A stretch of DNA of 32,000 nt from Candidatus Saccharimonadota bacterium (GTDB lineage Bacteria > Patescibacteriota > Gracilibacteria > UBA4473), in assembly GCA_965228485.1 (NCBI GenBank), contig OZ245819.1, positions 810,001 through 842,000 of the forward strand. Direction: 5' to 3'. Below, in pieces: positions 23,815 through 30,446 of the stretch. The notes below the pieces were generated by a model. The model did no database searches. It had not been told where the DNA came from and worked only from the letters and a program-made list of their open reading frames with translations. Within the stretch, counting starts at the first letter, position 1. The number at the start of each line of letters is the position of its first letter. The position numbers were made by a program, and so were the translations under genes.

Positions 23815-24885
23815 TTAAGCCGCCAAAGAAAGTAGTGGATTTTCTGGGTCTACTCCTTTCATATATTTTTCATGACGCCCCTTCCCAGTGATCTTCAACA
23901 GGCCTGCTAACCACCGCTGAATAAGCTCATTCCCGGCTCCCTTCCAAGTAACCATTAAGTGTGGAGATATTTTAGCATAAAGCTCTTTTCGCTTTTCTTT
24001 GTCTAAAACATTCGCTGGATCAGACTGAAAGAGTGTTAAAAGTGTTTTCCCCTCAGCGGTTAAATAAGTAGGAAAGGGTGGTTTTGAATCCCCATTTTCA
24101 ATATGTCTCCCCAAGTCTCTCAAATATTCCATTAGTAAATCCATTGCTGAATACTCTGAGTGAGTTTGCAGCCCTAGAAACTTCATTTGTGGATCAACAG
24201 CCGCTCCAACCGATTCTCGAGTCCAGTTAATAGCATGGTTTAACACAATCCAATCCGGATGCCCCTCCAAATCTTTTCTTTCGACGTCTCCCCAGCGTGC
24301 GTGTACGGCTGTATGGTGAGTATCGGCATCTCTTACCAAAAAGTGATCACGACTTTCTAACGGAACTAAATGGTCATGAACTCCAATATTTTTTACATCG
24401 TGAAGAGTTCTATCAATCCCATGCTGCGTCTTTAGGAGGATATGAAAAGCCAAACAAGCAAACAGTCCTGTTGTTATATCTCCTTTTTCAATTTCTTGTA
24501 CTAAATCCTTAAAAGCGGGAACAAATGGTAGCGCCTCTAAATTTGGAACCTCTAGATCTCCCCCCGTAAAAACCATAGCATCTAAGCCGTCTTTGAGAAC
24601 AGAATCAATATCACGAGAAAATCTAGATAAATGCTCTAAAACTTCAGGTTTTGATCTCTCCATCCCGGGAATATTTACTGGATGCAGATAAACTTGTATT
24701 GATGGATCTGCCCAATTTAAATACCTTGCCCAAGTTCTAAATGTTTCAAAATAAGCAGAATCGGGCATATTGTTCCACAAGCCTATGTGTAATTCTCTGA
24801 TTTCTCTTTTTGAGGCTAACTCTAGATCTTCAATTCCTCGAATATCTTCTAAAACTGGATCGCCTAAATGATTTACTATTCCCAT
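23815..24885 (-). CDS. divergent MetA/HTS-family homoserine O-acyltransferase-like protein
   Basis: Manual alignment to E. coli and B. subtilis MetA. IRELHIGLWNNMP aligns with IRP.K...LNLMP. AMVFTGGDLE aligns with GLI.TGAP. LFACLAF carries the catalytic Cys (E. coli FVCWA). HARW aligns with HSRY. THSEY aligns with GHPEY, keeping His and Glu. About 50 extra C-terminal residues. Confidence 0.7.
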   Translation of the reverse strand: MGIVNHLGDPVLEDIRGIEDLELASKREIRELHIGLWNNMPDSAYFETFRTWARYLNWADPSIQVYLHPVNIPGMERSKPEVLEHLSRFSRDIDSVLKDGLDAMVFTGGDLEVPNLEALPFVPAFKDLVQEIEKGDITTGLFACLAFHILLKTQHGIDRTLHDVKNIGVHDHLVPLESRDHFLVRDADTHHTAVHARWGDVERKDLEGHPDWIVLNHAINWTRESVGAAVDPQMKFLGLQTHSEYSAMDLLMEYLRDLGRHIENGDSKPPFPTYLTAEGKTLLTLFQSDPANVLDKEKRKELYAKISPHLMVTWKGAGNELIQRWLAGLLKITGKGRHEKYMKGVDPENPLLSLAA

Positions 24886-24935
24886 TTTTTCTTCTTTTAA
24901 GTGTTTTTAAAAAATAATCAAAACAAAAGTCAAAA

Positions 24936-25622
24936 CTAAGGACTTAGCAATGTTTCTTTATTTCTTCCAAGATCAAAGGCTACTTTTGAAATCTCTAGTA
25001 GTCGATCTTCGGTAAAAAAATGAGGCTGAAAAGCTTCAGCATCGATAATCCCAATAACCTCCCCCTCTTCATCAAAAATGGGGAGACAAAACTCGCTTTG
25101 AACCTGCACATCACAAGTGTAGTAAGGCCCTTCATATTGTTCAACACTTTGTACTACAACCGCCTTACCAGAAAGTCCTACAGTAGAATTATTTGACCCT
25201 TTAGCAAACTCCTTATTTAGAGGAAACTCTCCTCGACTAAATCGACCGTAATAAGCTTCTTTCAGCAAAATTGTCTCCCCTTCTAAATTCGTTGTTTTAC
25301 GGTAGATACCAAGCCAATCAACGCCTGTAAGTTCTTGTAGGTGGGTTACAATTCGATTAAGCCTATAAAGCCTTAGCGTATTATCGTGTTTGGACAGATC
25401 AGCCTCTTCTAAACCAAGTGTTTTTTCAAGGCAATAAGGCTCTTGTGCCTTCAAACCGCATCCTGCACCAGGAACAATCTCTGGGACAGAATAATGATAA
25501 AGTTGATTAATTTCTTCTTCAGAAAAATGCCCTACAGACTCCTGCAATGAGGTAGCAACAAACTTATTAAGGCTTTTTTTCACTGACAACTCTAAACCGA
25601 TAGCCGATAGATAATGATCCAT
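24936..25622 (-). CDS. GAF-domain protein of the free methionine-(R)-sulfoxide reductase (fRMsr/YebR) type, with N-terminal extension
   Basis: The C-terminal ~150 aa align by eye with E. coli YebR. VDWLGIY aligns with INWAGFY. YYTCDVQVQSEFCLPI aligns with HIACDAASNSEIVLPL. VIGIIDAEAF...FTEDR aligns with IIGVLDIDS...FTDED. About 70 extra N-terminal residues. Confidence 0.65.
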   Translation of the reverse strand: MDHYLSAIGLELSVKKSLNKFVATSLQESVGHFSEEEINQLYHYSVPEIVPGAGCGLKAQEPYCLEKTLGLEEADLSKHDNTLRLYRLNRIVTHLQELTGVDWLGIYRKTTNLEGETILLKEAYYGRFSRGEFPLNKEFAKGSNNSTVGLSGKAVVVQSVEQYEGPYYTCDVQVQSEFCLPIFDEEGEVIGIIDAEAFQPHFFTEDRLLEISKVAFDLGRNKETLLSP

Positions 25623-25628
25623 AATTTA

Positions 25629-26768
25629 TTAAGTTATTTGAGATAATATTTTTTGAGAAAACTCTCCCTGGAATAAATTCACCCCATCCCTTGGAGTAAT
25701 CGCTATCCCATTGTAAAAAATTCTTCCATTCCCAATTAATAAGGGAGAAAAGCTTTCATTAGTATCCACTGGATCTTGGGGAACCCGGCCTCCATTAACA
25801 TTAAAAATAGGAATGGTCTTTGGTTTATAGCCGGTCGCCTGAATAATTACATCCGCCGCATCTAGAACTTCTGAAATTTCTTCAACCTCACCGCCATAAC
25901 CCAAGAATCTACTGTCTTCATCTTCTCCCGATTCTATTTTCTCATATCGGTCTTTTGCGTCCCCCCTTACTCCCTCAAACCTATGCACTTTTCCAGCATC
26001 AACATCTTCTTTTTTGTGAGCATAACTTGCATCTTTTGCTGCCGCTTCACTTGAATAATACAATTTAAAGTCATTTCGATGACAAAGCGTAATAGGATCC
26101 AAAACTCCCGCAGCACGGATATTATCAATACAAGAGAAGGCACTATGAGCCCCTCCAATGACCACAATATTTTTGCCTTCGACTCGCTCCTGAATTTCTT
26201 CACCAGAAAGACGTAAAAAATCATCAGAAAATACACGTTTATGGTCATTTTCTCGCAAGTTTAAAGGTTCTTGCTCGGCGCCAATCGAAAGAATCACATT
26301 TTTAGACACTACTATAGGCTCTCCGTCTGAGTCATAGGATACAACCTCTCCATCTTTATTAATTCGAAGGGCGCTAGCCTGAGCATCAATGATTGAGCTA
26401 TTAGAATTCTGTGAAGACTTAAGAATCCCGGACAAAGCCCTCCCCACCTCAGCCTCAAACCGTGCCATCGTTTTCAAGCAAATGATATCACCCCCTGTTT
26501 TACGAATTTCAGTGAGAAGATTACTTTTCCCCTCTAACTGATCTAAAACTGCTGCAGGAACGGTTTCCAAAAAATCTGAAGCTGCAGAATTAGACCGAAT
26601 TGAGTAACTTAATTTTCCCGATCCAAGATTTCTTTCAGGGCCAATCAATGCCAATCCTTTCTCCAATAGGGCCTCATACGAGAATCCGCCTTGCGATAAA
26701 GCTTTTAAAGGAATTCCTATGCCCGATGGACCGTTGCCGATTATCTGTGTTTCAAGTCTATCTACCAT
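25629..26768 (-). CDS. two-dinucleotide-binding-domain flavoprotein (FMO / N-hydroxylating monooxygenase / YpdA-like)
   Basis: N-terminal GxGxxG (IIGNGPSGIG). Second nucleotide motif VVIGGAHSAFS. C-terminal ATGY motif (IIQATGYKP), typical of class B flavoprotein monooxygenases and related reductases. No CxxC pair. Confidence 0.65.
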   Translation of the reverse strand: MVDRLETQIIGNGPSGIGIPLKALSQGGFSYEALLEKGLALIGPERNLGSGKLSYSIRSNSAASDFLETVPAAVLDQLEGKSNLLTEIRKTGGDIICLKTMARFEAEVGRALSGILKSSQNSNSSIIDAQASALRINKDGEVVSYDSDGEPIVVSKNVILSIGAEQEPLNLRENDHKRVFSDDFLRLSGEEIQERVEGKNIVVIGGAHSAFSCIDNIRAAGVLDPITLCHRNDFKLYYSSEAAAKDASYAHKKEDVDAGKVHRFEGVRGDAKDRYEKIESGEDEDSRFLGYGGEVEEISEVLDAADVIIQATGYKPKTIPIFNVNGGRVPQDPVDTNESFSPLLIGNGRIFYNGIAITPRDGVNLFQGEFSQKILSQIT

Positions 26769-26781
26769 ATTTTTAAGTATT

Positions 26782-26807
26782 AAAAAACCCGCCGAAGTAG
26801 GCGGGTT
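26782..26807 (-). terminator. intrinsic terminator (segments 3:4) of the Met leader attenuator
   Basis: Minus strand: AACCCGCC (26807-26800), TACTTC loop, GGCGGGTT (26793-26786), TTTT. It ends 13 nt before ATG 26768. No upstream gene on this strand could use it. Confidence 0.75.
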
Positions 26808-26833
26808 GGTACTTAGTTTCTTTTAATTTCTCA

Positions 26834-26890
26834 CTATGCACTAATCCGACCACTTCTCTTCAGAGAAGTCATCATCATAGTCATAGCCAT
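26834..26890 (-). CDS. Met-rich leader peptide MAMTMMMTSLKRSGRISA
   Basis: ATG GCT ATG ACT ATG ATG ATG ACT TCT CTG AAG AGA AGT GGT CGG ATT AGT GCA TAG. Five AUG among the first seven codons. Codons 8-15 contain attenuator segments 1 and 2. Confidence 0.7.
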   Translation of the reverse strand: MAMTMMMTSLKRSGRISA

Positions 26891-26911
26891 GCTTAAATTT
26901 TGCACGGATTC

Positions 26912-26940
26912 AAAGTAATCTGAGTTTCCTTTTATGTCAA
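26912..26940 (-). promoter_or_regulatory. promoter of the Met leader
   Basis: Minus strand: TTGACA (26940-26935), 17-nt spacer, TACTTT (26917-26912), then 21 nt to the leader-peptide ATG. Confidence 0.5.
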
Positions 26941-26959
26941 ATTTATTAAAATAAAAACA

Positions 26960-27562
26960 ATGTCAAAGCGCGTTAGAACCCACACCAACCCACTCTCAAT
27001 TCTGAAAGAAATCCATTTTGAGGGATTTGGTAATGACAAACCTCTATTTGTAGATGTAGGCGCTTTCAAGGGAGAATTTATGGATGAACTATCTACAAAA
27101 TTTCCAGATCACAATTATATCTGTTTTGAACTCCGAATCCCTATAGCCAATGCCCTGAAAGAAAAATTCAAAGACCGAGATAACTTTGTAGTCTTCGATG
27201 GGGATGCGGGAAGAAACTTTCGAAATATCGTAGAACCCTGTATCGCACAAGGCGCTAAAATCCAAAACATTTTTGTAAACTTTCCAGACCCTTGGTTCAA
27301 AGATAAACACAAAAAGCGGAGATTCATCACCGTTAAGTTTTTGAACGAAGTCGCCAAATGGCTCCCCAAAGAAACAGCCTTTATTTTTCAAACAGATCAA
27401 AAATTTGTTTTTGATGAAACCCTCGAATATCTAAAAGAAACGCCCTATACCAATATTGAGTATTTTGAAGATTCCGCCTACGAAATCCCAACCGATTGGG
27501 AAAAAGTAAAATTAGCTCAAGGGGATCAAATTTGGAGAATGAAATTTTCTCAAAAAGCCTAA
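26960..27562 (+). CDS. trmB: tRNA (guanine46-N7)-methyltransferase
   Basis: Hallmark FPDPWFKDKHKKRR, plus the SAM-binding VDVGAFKGEF region. TAAAAT (26947-26952) ends 7 nt before the ATG. Confidence 0.88.
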   Translation: MSKRVRTHTNPLSILKEIHFEGFGNDKPLFVDVGAFKGEFMDELSTKFPDHNYICFELRIPIANALKEKFKDRDNFVVFDGDAGRNFRNIVEPCIAQGAKIQNIFVNFPDPWFKDKHKKRRFITVKFLNEVAKWLPKETAFIFQTDQKFVFDETLEYLKETPYTNIEYFEDSAYEIPTDWEKVKLAQGDQIWRMKFSQKA

Positions 27563-27957
27563 CGCAACATCGGCAAACTTCCTACTAGTGAATTAACCGT
27601 CTTGGTTTCTCCCATGACTCCAACCCCAAGAACCGTAAGGTCTTTGAGTTTTTTACCTTTCACAGATTCAGCGTATTCTTCATAGCTGGTAGTACATTGA
27701 GCTTCTTTGGTAAAGGGAATAAGTTTTAGTCCTAGTTCCTGAGCCTTGTAGCACAAAGATTCTAAAGAGACCTCTTTGGGTTTAAGAATAAGGATAGGAA
27801 TCTTGGTGATAGGCAAAAACTCAGCATCAGCTCCCTCAATTTTAGGTCCCACTAGTTCAGACTCTCCTGAAAAAATTCCAGAGCTAATACAGGCCACAGC
27901 ATTGGCTAAAAGCCCAGTTGGCAAAGAGGTATCGAGAACGATGGCAGATTTGTTCAT
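27559..27957 (-). CDS. DUF2000-like protein
   Basis: 132-aa ORF. KSAIVLDTSLPTGLLANAVACISSGI ... IPILILK ... YEEYAESV ... LGVGVMG.TK.VN.L.GSL.ML fits the DUF2000 pattern as I recall it. Its stop overlaps the trmB stop (CTAA). Confidence 0.55.
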   Translation of the reverse strand: MNKSAIVLDTSLPTGLLANAVACISSGIFSGESELVGPKIEGADAEFLPITKIPILILKPKEVSLESLCYKAQELGLKLIPFTKEAQCTTSYEEYAESVKGKKLKDLTVLGVGVMGETKTVNSLVGSLPMLR

Positions 27958-28025
27958 TTTAATTTGTTAAGAAATTAACAGACATGTTATAATTAGTACA
28001 AATGTTATAACCCGTCATAAATCTG

Positions 28026-28643
28026 ATGTCAAAAAATATTTCAACACTACTCCAAAAATACCCGCTCATTACAACCTATGCCAATGCTGGGTTAGTGAAC
28101 CTCAATGCCTTGGCCAGACTAATTCAACCAAATACTAAAAGCGTTTCCATTGAAGCCCTGGGGATGGAGCTCAGACGATATCTAGCAAAACAGGAAAAAA
28201 CTAATATCCCAAAAGCTGACTTTTCGTCCTACGATTTAGAGGTGATAAGTCGTAGCAACATAAAAGAACTTGTCTTTGATAAAACTATTACAAACCGAAA
28301 ATACTGCTTGAAACTAGCCACTGAGCTCCTAGAAAGTAAACACTTTTTTTCTCTGGTAGAGGGAGAAAAAGAAATAACCATTATCACTGATGCTGATGGT
28401 AAAATTGTGGAGAGGTCAAAACCAGCCAATTTGCACCAAACTGAAAAGTTAGGTTTTATTTCTATAAACTTTCCTTTTGAACTTAGGTTCAAACCTGGAA
28501 TATACAGTGTACTGACATCTGCCTTAGCCGAGGAACACATTTCTATCCAGTCTTTCCACACTATAGGGGGAGAAATTATCATCCTCGTTCACGAACAAGA
28601 CCTCATCAAAACCCAAGAGATCTTTCAGGCTTTTTTCAATTAA
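28026..28643 (+). CDS. hypothetical protein with C-terminal ACT-like domain (possible amino-acid-binding regulator)
   Basis: 205-aa ORF. The C-terminal FISINFPFELRFKPGIYSVLTSALAEEHISIQSFHTIGGEIIILVHEQD looks like an ACT fold (beta-alpha-beta-beta-alpha-beta). The N-terminal region could be helix-turn-helix-like (GLVNLNALARLIQ). Weak, by eye. Confidence 0.45.
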   Translation: MSKNISTLLQKYPLITTYANAGLVNLNALARLIQPNTKSVSIEALGMELRRYLAKQEKTNIPKADFSSYDLEVISRSNIKELVFDKTITNRKYCLKLATELLESKHFFSLVEGEKEITIITDADGKIVERSKPANLHQTEKLGFISINFPFELRFKPGIYSVLTSALAEEHISIQSFHTIGGEIIILVHEQDLIKTQEIFQAFFN

Positions 28644-28644
28644 T

Positions 28645-28673
28645 AAAAAAGGGTGAAGAAAATTCACCCTTTT
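28645..28673. terminator. bidirectional intrinsic terminator between the ACT-domain gene and rny
   Basis: AAAAAA-GGGTGAA (28651-28657), GAAAA loop, TTCACCC (28663-28669), TTTT. Confidence 0.8.
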
Positions 28674-28693
28674 CCCTAAAGTTTACTTTTAAG

Positions 28694-30235
28694 CTATCGA
28701 GCCACTCCTTCGAATCTCGAGTCTCGAATGACAACCACTTTTACCTGTCCTGGGTACTGCATTCCATTCTCAATTTTCTGAGCAATCTCGAGGGCTAGCT
28801 TTTCTGATTCAACATCATTCACTTCTTGTGCATCGACAAAGACTCTTACTTCTCTCCCTGCTTGAATAGCGAATACTTTTTGAACCCCTGGGAATGCTCC
28901 CGCGATAGCTTCCAATTCTTTTAATCTCTTGATGTATTTTTCCAATGTCTCTCTTCGGGCTCCTGGTCGTGAAGCCGAAATAGCATCTGCAGCTTGCAAG
29001 ATTCTGGCTTCAAGAGATTCGTATGGGAAGTCTTCGTGATGAGATTTCATCGCTGTAACTACTGGCTCCTCGATCCCAAATTTTTGAAGAATCTCCATTC
29101 CAATAACCGCATGTCCTCCTTCCACTTCATGAGAAACCGCTTTCCCAATATCATGAAGAAGTCCTGCTTTTTTAAGCATCTCGGCATCAGCTCCCGGCAA
29201 ATAGTTGGCAATTCCTTCAGCCAAATAAGCCACTTCAATCGAATGCTGAAGGACATTTTGACCATAAGAACTTCTAAATCGTAATTTCCCTACAAGTTTT
29301 AAAATAGCCTCCGGTAAACCGGTTACTCCTAATTCGTAAGCGGCTTTTTGTCCTAGTTCAACGAGTAATTTCTCTGCTTTTTCTTCCGCTTTCTGAACGG
29401 CTTCTTCAATCTTTGATGGATGAATTCGCCCATCCTTAATCAAACTTTCAAGTGCCATTTTGGCAATAAATCTTCGGAAAGTATCAAATGAAGAGAGAGT
29501 GATCGTTCCTGGAGTATCATCAACAATGAGATCTATTCCTGTTAGCATTTCGAAGGCATTAATGTTACGTCCTTCTCTCCCAATAATCTTCCCTTTAATA
29601 TCGTCTGAATCAATCTTTACAACGGTCACGGTTGATTCAGAAGTTACCGTTGATGCAAATCGTTGAATTGACTGAACCACAATATTTGAAGCTTCTTCAT
29701 CTGCTGCCTTCTCCATGGTCTCTACACGACGACGCATAGTATCGGCTAGCTCGGTTTCACATTGCTGCTCAACACGCTCTAGAAGCTCTTGTTTAGCCTC
29801 GTCTTGAGAAAGTTTCCCGATTCTTTCTAGAACTTCATTTTGTTCTGAAAGCTTTTTGTTTAACTCTTTTTTCTCTCCATCCAAATCTCGAACTGATTGT
29901 TCATATTCTTCTCGAGCCTTCTCCATTTTATCGGCTTTTTGCTCAAGGTGTTCTTCTTTCTTTAATAACCGTTCGTCGACTTGTTCTTGCTGTCGCTGAA
30001 GACGCTCTCTCATTTGAGTTTCTTCTCGCTTTGCATTCTGTCTAAGATCTTCAACGTATTTTTTCCCTTCGTCCAAAATACGATCAGCCTCTAGTTTAGC
30101 ATTTTCACGAATACGACCAGCTTCAGCCTTAGCGTTTTCCTCAAGAAGTTGCGCTCTCGGTCGAACAAATAGGTAGGACAGAATTGCCCCCAGGGCTACG
30201 CCCGCCAATGGCAAAATAATATACAGGATTTCCAT
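28694..30235 (-). CDS. rny: ribonuclease Y
   Basis: N-terminal TM helix, long charged coiled coil, KH domain (IIGREGRNI), HD domain (LLHDIGKA...HHE). Confidence 0.95.
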   Translation of the reverse strand: MEILYIILPLAGVALGAILSYLFVRPRAQLLEENAKAEAGRIRENAKLEADRILDEGKKYVEDLRQNAKREETQMRERLQRQQEQVDERLLKKEEHLEQKADKMEKAREEYEQSVRDLDGEKKELNKKLSEQNEVLERIGKLSQDEAKQELLERVEQQCETELADTMRRRVETMEKAADEEASNIVVQSIQRFASTVTSESTVTVVKIDSDDIKGKIIGREGRNINAFEMLTGIDLIVDDTPGTITLSSFDTFRRFIAKMALESLIKDGRIHPSKIEEAVQKAEEKAEKLLVELGQKAAYELGVTGLPEAILKLVGKLRFRSSYGQNVLQHSIEVAYLAEGIANYLPGADAEMLKKAGLLHDIGKAVSHEVEGGHAVIGMEILQKFGIEEPVVTAMKSHHEDFPYESLEARILQAADAISASRPGARRETLEKYIKRLKELEAIAGAFPGVQKVFAIQAGREVRVFVDAQEVNDVESEKLALEIAQKIENGMQYPGQVKVVVIRDSRFEGVAR

Positions 30236-30446
30236 AACTAAAATAATAAAAAGATAACGAGACGACTCGGGTCAAATGAGCGACGTCCATTGTAATTTTT
30301 TCTTCGATAATTAAAGCCTCACGTCTGCACCGTTCAACAAGAACCAGCCACAGCTGGTAAAGGTACAAAACAAATCGCTTCCAATATAGAATCATCTCAA
30401 ATCCCAGCCTACAAAAGCGCTAAAAAAAGTCAATGGACAGCCCTCT

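Noticed and set aside
1812-29666. Many short ORFs in the track lie inside or antisense to larger genes. Examples: 1812-2057, 2252-2455, 4113-4487, 5403-5591, 6008-6262, 7587-7808, 8356-8634, 9322-9528, 10160-10378, 11847-12128, 11896-12093, 12490-12702, 13581-13820, 13869-14066, 16865-17095, 17478-17702, 17913-18107, 18698-18970, 20246-20458, 20937-21137, 22373-22555, 23188-23373, 24297-24512, 25967-26248, 27089-27400, 27115-27369, 27776-27970, 28229-28582, 28994-29284, 29059-29265, 29460-29666.
   Set aside because: Each is fully embedded in a longer ORF whose product has clear family motifs or a better genomic fit. Their translations are low-complexity or unfamiliar. They are typical shadow ORFs of AT-rich DNA.
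30141-30395. 84-aa ORF upstream of and overlapping rny.
   Set aside because: It overlaps the rny start by about 95 nt out of frame, has no recognisable motif, and most of it lies in what looks like the rny 5' region. Treated as spurious, although the region itself is listed as unexplained.
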